From positions 9,603,408 through 9,667,407 of the forward strand of contig OZ037771.1 in NCBI GenBank assembly GCA_964035545.1: a stretch of 64,000 nucleotides of DNA, written 5' to 3'. The position numbers were made by a program, and so were the translations under genes. The notes beneath the pieces are model-generated. The model did not search any database and was not told the origin of the DNA. It worked only from the letters and a program-made list of their open reading frames with translations. This DNA is from Bugula neritina. Taxonomy: Eukaryota > Animalia > Bryozoa. Of this stretch, positions 14,101 to 26,603 are shown one piece after another (positions within the stretch are counted from its first letter, which is position 1; each line of letters begins with the position of its first letter).

Positions 14101-17100
14101 ATAGACGCTTTCGTGTGATTCTCACGATCGTGAAGCCATGCCTTTAGGGTCTAATAATATAATTCATCGTATAACCGCCGCACAGATGTGAAAAAAAGTT
14201 GAATTAGTATAGTGTCTACCTGACTATACAGCTGACGAAGGGTCTCCCTTATATCACCTACATCAGTGCTCGTATTCATTACTAGCTTTAAACCTGATGG
14301 CTTTTCATAATAATGCAGTTTATATTTGCTAGTCTGGTAATTGAGGAAACCATCTTTACTAAAATGTATATCAACACATAAAAACGAATATTTTACTGAA
14401 ACAATTCCAATAGAGAATTGACAAATAGCAACATAAAAAGCAACCTAAAGCAAATTAGAAATTAATTAAACATAAAGGTGTGCTGGATTATGTATAATGA
14501 ACAAAAGGAATAGCAACAAGCACCCCTATGAACAGATAAGGATTGGTTTGCATCTTTCATGGGTTTAGAGTGAAAATGGTTCAAATAAATGAATCCATGG
14601 CGAACGTATTCAAAGTAAAAGTTGTAGCTCACTTACCAGTCAAGTGGAGACAATCGCTTCACAAATGATCTCAAAGAGAACAGCATACCATACATATTTT
14701 GAAACTCCTACAGTTAATCAAAAAGATTTGACTGTAAAACATGCAGGCTCATTGTGCAGCACAATGCACCATTGTAGAAATATATTAATTTTCAGATTTC
14801 CTGCATTTACATATGCAGTACGAAAATACTATATTTGTAAATAAAAGACATATTTTGATGTGTTTCTGCAATAATGTTAAATAAAATAAACTATAAAATA
14901 AAAAAAGATGAAGAAAAGCCAAAGGTTTTACCAACTTACCGCCTTGCTCTGAAAACCTAATCTTACATATCAAAAGCCCCAAAACGATAGAAAATCTCAG
15001 AACAATTTAGCATTACTACATGACTGATATATGATATTCACCTACTACAATTATTTTATTAAATTACCAACTTTAAATTCCAAATTATCATTTAAATTTA
15101 GGACAGTTGAATTCAATTGTGCAATGAGTATAAAGTAGAGATCAGCAACTTGAATAAACAGCATTATGCTGACTGCTTTAAATTCAAAACCATTTATTAA
15201 TATCAACATTATTATCCAGACATTGCCAACAATTATAGTAACTTCTTAAAAACAAAATCATTACATGTAATTATGCTCCATTTACTGAATGTATTTAATT
15301 TGATACGAATACAAATTTAATACTAATAGCAACAGTAATACACATTCACAGTTAAATTGTCATTGTGGTTAACATTTATATTTATATTTTCATTAACTTA
15401 CATTTTCAGGTTAAAATAAACACAGAGTAAAAATTATACTAACAGCAATACCATCAGACTTATTACAATATCAGTATCACAAGTGATACAAATACTCGTA
15501 GTAATAGTATTTTATGAGTAATTGTAATAGTGATAGTAATACCTGAACCCACTCTCATAGTCATACCGATATTAGTCTTAATATTATTACTGCTGTAGCA
15601 TTCATGGCGACAGTATCACTTAAAATTTCCAAGCTAAACTTAATAATGATTATAATAACAATAATTGAAGAACTGAATCAAAATCTGGGTGCTGTAAGCC
15701 AGAAGAGATAGCACTAGTAGACCAGCATTATCAAAAGAGGTGTTTACAAACGAGAAATGCTTGAATCAAGATTTACAGAGAAATGAAAACGATACACATA
15801 AAGAGGCATCAGTCAAAGAGTCTAAACCATTCTGGAAAAAATGCAGTGAGCCAACAAAGCATAACAGATTAATGCAGAATGGGTATATAGAGTAAATAAC
15901 AAAATGGAGTGCATAAAAAGATAGGGAAAAGCATTACAGCAGCTGATGTGAAAAAGATGGCATGCGAAATACCCAATTGGAAATCACTAGGACCAGATGA
16001 AATTCAATAATTCTGGATCAAGCATGACAAAATTGCACACATTTTTTATCTGATTATGATGGTAATTATCAGCAAAAATGTTTGGAAAATAACATCAATA
16101 ACATGAGGAAAAGCAGCAGTGATCATGAAAGGCCCAGCTAATGGAAAACATGGGAAAATTGACAGGCATATTAGCTGATAAGCTGTACGGCCATCTCTCA
16201 AGTCAGAATGTCGTTTGGGGAGAACAAAAAAGCTGCATAAAACAGTTTAGGGGCACTAAAGATCGCCTTATGCTTGATAAGGCAATAACAAATGACTTAA
16301 ATCAGAGAGGCACTAATTTATGTAGCAATGTGTTGAATCGATTACCAGAAGACGTATGACATACGACCATACTTATGGATATTAGAGACAATGCAATTAT
16401 CTCGAAAGGCTAGTAACGTGATTAGATCAACAAGAAGAAAAACATGGAGTACCTTGAAGAAAAGATCAGAGAAATAGACATCAAGTGAGGAATTTTCTAA
16501 GGAGACTTTTTACATCCACTTCTCTTTGTGACTGCTTCTATTACTATCAATTCTACGAATAGAACCGGCAGAAGAATACAAGTTTAGTCAGGGCAAGAAA
16601 ATAAACCATCTCCTCTATACAGATGAGCTAAAGCTTCACAAGAAGTCTAAGCCAATAATGAAAGTTTCAGTAAATACTGTCAGGATCTTTACAAGATATG
16701 AAGAAATAAAATTTGGATTATGAAAATGTTCCATACCTGTTATGAGCAGAGGGGAGAAAATTAAGGACACAAGAATTAGTCTGCCTGATGAATAGGTTAT
16801 CCGAGAACTAGGCGAAGAGTTTTATAACTATTTTGGAGTTGTTGATATGAATAAAATAAAAACAGAAAAACTGTAAAACAAAATCTAGAAAGAGTGCTAT
16901 AAACAAATGAGAAAAGTTATAGACTCAAAACTGAATGGGAGAAATATCATAAGAAAAACAAATACATGGACTTAGCCAAAATACTTGACTGAACTGTTAA
17001 TAAGAAAAGACATGGACCGAAAGACAAAAAAGTTTATGACAATAAATCATATACTCTATCAGGGAGCAGATGTGAACAGGCTGTATATTAGGAGAAGAAA

Positions 17101-17828
17101 AAAGGGAGAGGAATGAGGTCAATTGCAGGATTTGTAAAGGATAAAGAATGCAGCATGTCAGATTACATAAGAAAAACATGTATTGATGAATACACCACTA
17201 TGAACAACTTCCTAAAGGACAAAACAGCAGTAGAACTAAAAAATTATAAAGTGATAAAATGAATTGATGGGCAGAAAAACGGCTCTACATGGCGAGTACA
17301 TTGAAAGGGTGGAAGAAATGAAATCATACTCATAGGATTAGTTAAAGTTTGGTTGGTTGAAAAAGGCAACAAAAAAGCTGCTGTTGGTTGCGCACGATCA
17401 AGCACTCTGTACTAAAAATTATGAAGTGCCTATAATGAAATATCAAGGCAGCAATAAGTGTCGGGTGTGTAATACAAGGGATGAAACTGGGATGTAGATA
17501 CTGAGTGAATGTGGGAAGCTAGCACAAAAAGAATATAAAAAAAATTGACAGTGGGGCATCAATAATTCACTGCGAGCCATGTGAAACTTACAGGCTTCAG
17601 ATGAGCAAGAACTGGTATGACCACCGAGCAGTGTCAGTACTGGAAAATGACAATGAAAAACTTTTTATGGGAGTTCAACATACACACCGATAGTCATTAA
17701 AGCTATAAGGCCTGATATAGTGGTAGCTGACAAGTGTAATGTGGAAACAAAGATAATCAATATCACAGTCTCTGATTAGGCTACTGCTGAGTAAAAGAGA
17801 AAGAATCAGAAAAGATAAAAAGACCCAC

Positions 17829-17872
<44 letters not shown>

Positions 17873-19480
17873 CGTGCGTGTGTGTATTTTATTTCATCAT
17901 AATATAGTGTTTTACAACTAGCATAAGTTACAAGAGCAGACAAACTATTAGAAAAGAAACATAGTAACAAATAACAGTATATAAAAATAAAGCTGTCGGA
18001 TGTGATGATGAGGCCCAGTGCGAAATAGCATGGCTAGTGGTACGCGGGCCCAATGTTGGCATAACCATACAAGGCACCACAGATCACTCAACAGAGTAGA
18101 GGTGATGCCTCAATTCCGTTTTAAATTTACCAAGTGGCTGTATAATCTTTAAAAATTTAGGCAACTTATTCCACAGTGCAGATATTACAAAATTGGAGGT
18201 CTGTTGACCAGCAAATGAGGAATAAAATGGAACAGGAAGAGAATGCAACTGATGACGAGTAGTATAGTGAGAGTGTGTCGAAAAGCTTCCTGAATAGTAG
18301 ATTTTATGAGCTTTAATTAGCAGTTTGTCCTTATACAACTTGTCAACTGGTAAAATGTCTGAATTCCTAAACAGGTCTTTAGAATGGTATCTAAAACGTT
18401 TGCGGTGAATTATACGGACAATTTTCTTTTGAAATTTTATCACTCTATCAAGATGGACCCTGGATGCATTCCCCCATAATTCTATAGAGTAGCACAACCT
18501 GGAATGTATAAGTGAATAGTATAACATAATCAAATTTTTTTTAGGAGCGAATGCATTTAAACAATAAAAAAGTCCCGAAATTGGTCGAAGATTTAATAAT
18601 ATTTTCTGAATGTGGGATGACCAGTTTAAATTTCTATCAATTATCACACCTGAAAATTTTACTTTGTCAACTGCTGTTATTGGTTTGCCATTTATTGTTA
18701 ATTTTAAATCAAATTGGAACCTATTTTGATAGTTCTTTAAAATAATGTAAGATGTTTTTTCATAAATAATTGTTAGCTTATTTATCTGGCACTATTTACA
18801 TAGTCTTTTAAGATCAGAAGAGATTTTCTCATATTTATTGTTTAAATTTTTGATTTTGATTGTAAACATAAACAAAGTCATCTCATTGTAATTGAAACCC
18901 TTGGAGCCACATACAATGCTGTAGATCGGATGGCACTACTTGCAGTAGCTAACTAACATACAGCTTTACAGTTACTGAGTTACTAAGATCAGCTCACATC
19001 TCGAGGGAAGTTGTACTTCTATCCATCCCAACCTAGTGGAACTATTACTAGACCGATGCCAATGATGAAGGACTACACAAGCAAAAAGCTGTAATACTAA
19101 TAGTGATATAACCAATAATAAAGATAAATCAAATGCTAATGAATAATGATCATAATATTAATAATTATAATATCATTTAAATCGATATATAATTAAATAT
19201 TCATTTTTTCATATTGATATTCATATTGATATTTAGTTTATATTATAATTATTACCTTGAACTTTGAAATTTCACGATTAAATTTTTTGTAAGTTCTAGT
19301 ACTATTACAGCACTAATAAATAGTAGTACTAGTAGTAGCACTGCCCTATGAGTATGAGTTATGACTATGAGTAGGAAAACTTACTTCGTCCTTAGGGAGG
19401 TTGGTAGGCTTTTTTCTGTTCCACTCTGCATGAAAAACACAGGTACCCAATCGATCAAATATGTAAAAATTGAAAATCAT
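8184..19480 (-). CDS. TRAPPC1: Trafficking protein particle complex subunit 1 (Bet5); exons 19480-19385, 14707-14637, 14358-14220, 8297-8184
   Basis: Joined protein MIFNFYIFDRLGTCVFHAEWNRKKPTNLPKDE-EFQNMYGMLFSLRSFVKRLSPLD-C-KDGFLNYQTSKYKLHYYEKPSGLKLVMNT...-IYVEYVVKNPLCPLNQPITSELFKDKLETFIKALPFY*; canonical GT-AG sites with consistent phases; clear TRAPPC1 motifs. Confidence 0.93.
9557..9731 (-). other. Partial direct duplicate of TRAPPC1 exon 3 with its donor and downstream intron (source 14156-14331)
   Basis: Near-identical sequence; encodes KYKLHYYETPSGLKLVMNTSTDVGDIRETLCQLYGQ; lacks the first 30 nt of the exon. Confidence 0.9.
10711..12271 (+). mobile_element. Solo LTR related to the LTRs of Gypsy G4, interrupted by a DNA transposon
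   Basis: TGTAATGGATTTCAGT...CACTACA, alignable by eye to 49645-50063; ATAC target duplication at 10707-10710 and 12272-12275. Confidence 0.92.
10847..11993. mobile_element. Non-autonomous PIF/Harbinger-type DNA transposon inside the solo LTR
   Basis: TIRs TAGCTTATTCACAC/GTGTGAATAAGCTA, TAA duplication; removal restores colinearity with the G4 LTR. Confidence 0.85.
13762..14144. mobile_element. MITE
   Basis: Imperfect ~30-bp TIRs AAGGCCTGGTCTCACGATCGTGAAAATCAC / GTGATTCTCACGATCGTGAAGCCATGCCTT flanked by TA. Confidence 0.75.
15680..19140 (+). mobile_element. Decayed RLE-type non-LTR retrotransposon (R4/Dong-like), split by a second LINE; segments ~15680-17830 and ~18880-19140
   Basis: Broken motifs PNWKSLGPD, RGTKDRLMLDKAI, GIF*GD..PLLF, INHLLYTDELKL, zinc knuckle CRVC..ET...ILSEC, RPDIVV (PD-D/E nuclease); IVIETLGA resumes after the insertion; ends in TAA-rich tail. 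Confidence 0.8.
17831..18880 (-). mobile_element. 5'-truncated CR1/L2-group LINE ending in a (CA)n microsatellite (17831-17885)
   Basis: ORF 18084-18647 (IIDRNLNWSSHI, LYYSLIHSRLCYSIELWG, QKKIVRII, LWNKLP, FKTELR) is a typical post-RT region of APE-type LINEs. Confidence 0.8.
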
Positions 19481-19979
19481 CACAAGAATACCAAATTGTT
19501 CCAAAAGATAAATATAATTCTCAAGATAGTTTACATCAATGTTATTATGCATCAGTCAAAGTGCTAAAGTTTACTCTGGTATGACCACTGAGCTGGAATA
19601 GTTGTTAATTATTGAGTTCATTGGGTATGACTATCAGTATTGTAGCCGGAGGTCCAGGTACATATTTACGCCAGAAAATAGCGTAGACGCGCAGAGTCTT
19701 AGCAGAGTGGTATATATATTAGGAGTGCCGACCTTAGGCAATCATATGGGCATCATTATGCCACAATTGGCACCGCGAGTTTATATAAGTTATAAAGTGA
19801 AAATTTTGCCACTTTGTTACCTCATTATTTTTTATTTTATGTGTACATTTTTTTAGTTTTGTTATTTGGTGAAATTTCTAAACACATTTTTATAAATATA
19901 AAATTAAAAAAAATAGCACTCATACACGTAAAAACAAAGCTATAAAGTTAAAGTTTCGCTGTGATTACTATGTGAATAT

Positions 19980-22900
19980 TGTTATGATTTTCAGAATTAG
20001 GGTTGATATGCAATCCAGATAGTCTATCTACTTGCTAGAGAACTTCACCAGGATAAGTCGAGTGAAACGAGTATATATTTTACACACAAGAACACATTAC
20101 AAAAACTATACAAATACATTCAGTAATTCTACACATTTAGATCATTCAGCACTCTAACTTCGACTAACTAACAGCGGGAAAGCTAACTACTGCTACTAAC
20201 TATCAGTGTCGCATTGTTCCGGGTCAATTACGTGACCCCATGCTGTAGTAGCGGGGAAAAATAACATTTCCCCGTGTTACGTTGCTGGTAGCTCCACGAG
20301 CCACCACACTGCCCCCACCAGCAGAAAGCCCTCTTTCTGATATAAAAAAACTTTACAATTAACTACGTACATTAGTAGACCAAAAAGAAAAAACATAATA
20401 TATATATATATATATAGATACACAATAACAGACACAATCATTATACAGCATGTCACATACAATTGGCCAGCTATAGAGAAGGAATACCGGCTAGTTGTAG
20501 TATTGGACAAGAGGTCGAGCTGTCTAGCTGTCAAGCATTTGCATGATAGTCTTGGGTCCCCCAAGAGGGTAAGGCTTGCGGATCATTCCGGGCAGCAGAA
20601 CCAGAGTCAGTGTTTGGCAAGCCGATGTTTGGCCTGGCGGGCATGTAGTTTCCTTTTAATCCGGCCAACCGAGCCTTTTAACTGATAGTCCCGTCGTGGT
20701 ACTAAGCAGATCTGGTGCTAACTGGGTGAACTCAGCCTGCAGCCGGAGGAGACATTCCTCTACAGTGGCCAGGCGAGTGGGGTCTGGGGACGGTGTCCGT
20801 CTTCGACGAGGGAGGGGACTTGGAGACCGGGTCCGCCTTCTAGTCGGAAAAGGGGAGGCTTCTCCTTCTGGATAGGTAAACTCTTCGGGGGTATACACAA
20901 TCTGAGGGCGGTCAGACACCAACGGGGATTGTTGCCTGGTATAGTCTAGTACATGTTGAAAGCCCGAAGTCAGGACGGCCAACAACATTGCCTTCTTTAC
21001 TAAGGGTCGTATCAGGGTCAGGAATTCTGGGTAGAGTTTAGCATCTACCACATAATTCTCTCCAGAGAAACAGCCCGCCGCCCGGTCTCTAGTGACGGGA
21101 TAGGGGTAGACATCATTGTATCCGCAAGGACAGAATGTGAGTAATAGGTGGGCGTTGACATGCAGCTTCAGGGAGCGGTGAGAGGCACACTCTTTGTCAC
21201 AAATCTGGCACCGCGTCCTTCCTCTGGATCCCCAGGCTGTTTCTATCTGCTCCTCCGTTTCCGGCGACACCCACCGCCAGCGGCGGCGCAGTGGCTCAGG
21301 CCGGTCACCATTGGTGTACTTCTCATGATGCGGAGCGGGAAGTGCTCTATCCCGTACCCTGGTTGTAACGGGTCGAGTGTAACCTGAAAGAGTTTCAACA
21401 GCGTTAGTATAATACACTGCAGTGTTGTCGGCTTGAACAGCCTGGCAACTTCTCGTTCAGTTAACACTCGTAGAGATTTATGGTAGTGAATAGTTGGATA
21501 GAACACGTATTGCAATGAGATTGTAAAATCTCTAAGTCAAACTGAGTTCTTACCACGGTAGTTCACTAACCTATCTCCAGCTCATTGGACTCAGTGAGTC
21601 GGAGCTGAGTGATGCAATCTAGTTTCCATATCAAGATATAGTTAACTCACCCCACGATCCGTTGTCGTAAGACATACTGAATTTGTGAAATGGTTTGGAC
21701 TATTGACTAGGAACACGTCTACTCTTGACTGCATCAGCATACAAAAAGATCGAGCAATGTGGTTGGGGTGCGTGACTAAGACTTTGCGCACCCGGCGGAT
21801 GAATTTCGTTTCTACTTCCGCCGATACAAAAGTTGATATTTCCGTGGTGTTGACAACTCCCACAATTGCTCGATACTTTTCCCGTACGGTTTTCCCCTAG
21901 ACTTTCGTACGCGCCGCTTTTAATGCAGTAACATACAAAGTCCTTTAAGTATGCGGGGGGGTTGCCTCGTACGTTGTCCCCGCTCTAGGGGAGGTGACGC
22001 ATTCGTCGGTGTACTAGTAGGGACCTCTGGTGGCGTCTCTACTTCACCGTTAGTGGTCACTTCTTCCTGTTTTCCGGATGGAGCCCCTCCCTCCGTGGGG
22101 GTTTGCATTTCCGGAAGCGGCTCGGTTTCTGGAAGTGATGGAATCAAACTTGGCGCAGGCGGTGGCGGACGCGCTTCTGCAGGCAAAAGCGGTCGCTCCT
22201 CTCTCACCAAGTCTTCTTCCCGCCGAATGACCATTTCAAATTCAGGTCCATGCCGCCGTCGCCCGCGCGTTGTCGTCTGCCTCCTGGGCTCCAACAGCGG
22301 GGGGCTTCTCCCACTGCATCCGAGCTAGCCCAATACGGCTTCAAGCGAGCCTCATTCTGGATAGACACGTGTCCTGAGCGCTCGATCTTGTTGTATGGTT
22401 GGGCATAGCCTCGATGATCACGTAGAGTCCCACGAACTTAGGCTGTAACTTAGCCGCCTGTCCGCGACGCCTACGGTAATTGACCATCCACACCCTATCT
22501 CCCGTCTGGTAGAGAGGTGGTTCCTCGGAATCTTCCTGTCGCACCTTCCACTACTGTTCGCGCAGTATTTCATGTGCGACCTTCATTCGTTCCACTGGCA
22601 TACTTGTGAACCGAGTTGTCTTGCTCTGGAACGTGGTAGGTGAGATGGTCAGGGACACGAGTCTCTCTCCCAAGCATCAAGAGGTTTGGGGTCTCACCAG
22701 TACTGGTGTGTGGGGTGCTACGGTATGCGCGTATGACTTGCGGCAACACCGTGTCCCATTCCTCCTGACTGCGTCCGAAGAGAAAACTCCGGAGCGCATC
22801 ACCTAGCATCCGGTTATTGCGCTCCACCACCCTGTTACCCTGGGGATGGTAAGGGGTGGTCCTGCTCTGATTTACTCCCCAGAGGCGGCAAAAGTCGCTC

Positions 22901-25900
22901 ATCAGTTGGGACTAAAACTGAGCGCCTTTGTCAGAGTGTATCTGTTCGGGGAGCCCGAAATAACAGAATACATGTTGGTCTAGCGCCCTGGCCACTGTTG
23001 GGGCTGACGCATCTGGGATAGCCAGAGCGTCCGCCCACCTAGTAAAGTGGTCAGTCAGTACTAAGATCCAACTATTGCCTCTTAGGGTCAGCGGCATGGG
23101 TCTGACCAGGTCAACAGCTACTACTTGCCACGGCCTGCCAGCATATAACCTCCGCCGTCCCGCTTCACCAGGGAGACGGCCATGGTTGCTGGCCTGGCAG
23201 ATTTCACACTGTTTTACTCTGAGCCGGACATATCGCCCTATTTTGGGCCAATACCACCGGAGTTGTAATTTAGAGATCACTATCTTGACCCCTGTGTGGG
23301 CCTGCTTGTGAGTGTCCCAGATTAACTCACGGCGTATGGCGCTGGGGCAAACCACCTTCTTCCTCTCCGGGTGTCTGCCGTTGGCAGCTAGAGAAATGGT
23401 CAGTAGACCATCTTGCCCGATCCTCAGCGAGTCCCAACACTGGCAGAGTAGCCGGAACTTGGCGCATCCCTGCCGTATGCGTTCCTCGCTGGGTCGTCGT
23501 CCTTCCTTTTTGACCCGATATATGTCTGCCACTACCCCAGGCAGCTCTTCCTGGAGCTTCTTCAGCTTCCGGACATATCAGCCAAAACAGGATTGGCGCG
23601 GAGGTTTTGTACAACCTCCGGGGACTCGTCAACCTCCTGCCTGGGTTGACCTTGGTCCTAATCAAACTGTGCTCCGTGGTGAGCCAGTGTCTCTAGTTCA
23701 CATCACGGGGGACCTCCGTCCCATCTCTCGATGTTGAGACACTGTTTGCAACCTCCATCGGGTCGGCGGCTCAAACCATCCGCATTGCTGTGTATCTTGC
23801 CCGGTCGATGTTCAATCCGGTACGAGAACTCAGCTAGGATTTTGAGCCACCGGGCGACCTGACTGGAGGGTTCCGCTCTCTTGCACAACCAGATCAGAGA
23901 GGCATGGTCCGTACGCAGCCGGAACTTCCTGCCGTACAGGTATGGTCTGAAGTGCTTTACTGACTTGATTACTGCCAGCAGTTCCTTGCGGGTAGTGCAG
24001 TAATTTTGTTCAGTGGGTGAGAGAGACTTACTGTAGTAAGCTACTACTACCTCTCGGCCTTCCTGCACTTAAGACAGCACAGCGCCAACGTTCTGGTCAC
24101 TGGCATCAGTGTCGAGGATGTACTCCAGATTGGGGTCTGGGTAGGCCAAGATGGGTGCCGTCAGTAGGCAACCCTTGAGGCAGTCAAACGCTCCTTGTTC
24201 GACCAGGGTCCACTGCCACGTCACTCCCTTTGCGATGAGCCGGTTTAACGGCTGTGCTATGCTCGTAAAGTCTGGTATGTATTGCCTGTAATACCCTACC
24301 AGCCCCAAGAAAGCCCGAAGTCCGGTCAAGTCTTGGGAGGTGACCGAGTCTTCTATCGCCCGTACCTTTTCAGGATCCGTTGCCACGCCGTTTCGACCGA
24401 CAACGTGCCCCAGGTACTTGACCTTCGGCTGCAATAGAGCGCACTTAGAAGGTTTGAGCTTAAGACCAGCACCTCGGACTCTCTCGAAGACCTCCCGCAG
24501 ACGACTGGTGTGTGTCTCGAAGTCTGGGGAAATCACGATGACATCATCGAGGTAGATCGGCAGTGTCTTCCAATTGAGCTCGCTGAGGACTTGCTCCATC
24601 AGCCTCTGGAAGGTGGCTGGGGCGGAAGTTAATCCGAAAGGCAGCACCTTCCACTTCCACAAACCATCCCGTGTGATAAGCGCCGCCTTCTCCTGGGCGT
24701 CGGGACTCAGAGGAACTTGCCAGTAGCCGCTCAACAAGTCTAGCGTACTGAAGTACTTACTGCCGGCTAAGGCGTCCATTGACTCGTCAATAGGAGGTAG
24801 AGGGTAGGCGTCCTGTATGGTTACCCTATTGAGCTTGCGGTAATCCACACAAAACCGCCGACTGCCGTCTCTCTTCCGGACCAGTACGACCGGCGAGCTC
24901 CACGCACTATGGGTGGGCTCTATGAGGCCGCGGTTCAGAAAATCCCGGACTTGTCGGCTGACCTCCTTCTCTTTCTTCGGCCCCAGCCTGCGCGTGGGTT
25001 GCCGGATAGAGACCGTTCCTGCAGTCAGCGGTATTTCGTGTCTGACAACTCCAGTCAGTCTCACGTCATTATCTCCGCTGCTGAACACATCACCGTAGTC
25101 GCGTAGCAACTTCGCCATAGCTTGGCGTTCCTTGTTGCTTGCGCAGCCACCACAGGCTGTTTCATATAACTCCCGGATGTGTGTTGAGACCGTCCCTCGC
25201 CCCTGAGTAGGGCGCCGAAGGGGTGCCTCCGTCGCATCACCCAGCGACCGGCCAACGTCCTCCTCCTGGACAGAGTGGAACCAGATCAGCATTGACCCAG
25301 CTGGGAGCTTGATGGGCTCGGTAAAGAGGTTGACACACTGCACTAAGATCTCCCCTGCTCAGTCAGCTGGTTCAAACTGCTGGCGAGTTGGATCCTTTCG
25401 TGCACACCTTCAACTACCCCGAGTCCAGAGATCCGGCTATTGTTCACTCTGCAGTGAATGGTAGCCCGGGAGCGGCCTAGCACAGTACAGTTTTGTACCA
25501 CCTGCACGCCTCCCACCAAGGGGCGGCCGAACTTGTCGATGCAGGCGAGTTCTCGCCCGGACATCACCATCGCAGATTTACTAAAATTGATGTGACATCC
25601 GTGCCGTTTCAGGAATGGCATCCCGAGGATGGCGTCCTCCTTGAGCTGACTGACGATAAACGTCTCTTAGATCGTTTGATCACGGACGTGTCTCGTCAGC
25701 TCAATTATATCGTAGGAGGGAAGAAACGACCCGTCAGCCAGGGTGCCATACTCCCCCTCGTTTGGTTCCATCTCGTCTCTGACCCTAGCACTGAGGGTGT
25801 CGAAGAGTTGGCGACTTATGAGGTTCATGGTACAGCCCGAATCGATTAGGAAAGTAACAGCTTTGCCTTCCAATTTGCCGGGCAAGAAATAGCTGTTTCC

Positions 25901-26588
25901 ATAGGGCTGCACCTGAACTCTCCCTTCGTGCTTTGCTCTCGCAGGGAGTACCTCCCTCGCTTTAGGTCGCGAAGGAGGTCGCTTGGGATGGTGGTAAGTT
26001 GGCCTCGGAGGTGCAGAGGCTAGATTTCCGGCTACCTTCGCTGGCTCCCATCCAGTTTCTTGGGCCGGTAGCTCGTCGAATCGATTGTGGAGGGGCATAG
26101 AGAAGGTAGTGGCGGGGCGGGGCTTCTTGCTGGTCCGTCGTGGCTGTTGCCACCCTCGGTTGTCAGCATGCGGTACCCTTCTGGGTGACGTACGTTTTTT
26201 CTTCCCTGGGGGTTTCATCGTCGGCCCGCAGGAGGTGGGAACATCTGCGGGCCGCGGTAGTTTAACCCTGGAGTTAGGAAGAGACAGCACCTGCGGAAGT
26301 GTCCTTGTTTCCGCATTCCCAGCAAAAACTGACCGTTTCCCCCGGTGGCGGCGCCGGTGGCCGTACTGGCTCAGAGGCGCTACCTACTGGGGTTTGGGAT
26401 GTCAGTGTTGCTATCAGTTTGGCCAGCATGTCGGTCAGTTGAGTGACTTTCGATGCTGCCGCTAACTGGGCCACGGCAGCCGTCGCGGAGGTTTCCTCCT
26501 CTCGCACCGCTCCCGTGTCCGCGTGGTCAACCTCCACTTGACGGGAGTTCCCGCGACTTTTATGCATCTGGTTTGCCAGGAGATAAGC
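19980..26588 (-). mobile_element. Ty3/Gypsy element G1: truncated gag, PR-RT-RH-IN pol (stops/frameshifts; ends 21700), spliced ORF3, 3' LTR ~20308-19980; 5' LTR lost
   Basis: FLIDSG protease, YLDD RT, DTDASD RNase H, H2C2 and rve integrase, FVGLY (GPY/F) motif; hairpin+PPT 20309-20339. Left LTR boundary inferred from TG...CA only. Confidence 0.93.
20607..21675 (-). pseudogene. G1 accessory ORF3, two coding exons (21675-21651, 21383-20607): C2H2 zinc finger / RS-like tract / coiled coil; one late frameshift
   Basis: ATG TCT TAC GAC AAC GGA TCG TGG G|GTGAGT; branch TACTAAC; CTCTTTCAG|GT TAC in phase; CQICDKECASHRSLKLHVNAH. Confidence 0.8.
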
Positions 26589-26603
26589 TACGATCGTGCA
26601 GGA

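Noticed and set aside
21270-21295. Homology of RRRWRW to HIV Rev
   Set aside because: Five-residue low-complexity match, absent in G3; used only as a functional analogy.
20656-21417. ORF3 as an envelope gene
   Set aside because: No signal peptide or transmembrane helix; has zinc finger and basic motifs instead.
21951-22328. Antisense ORFs over Gypsy pol (also 27563-28204, 36107-36766, 51710-52243)
   Set aside because: Expected shadows of GC-rich coding sequence; no conserved starts or motifs.
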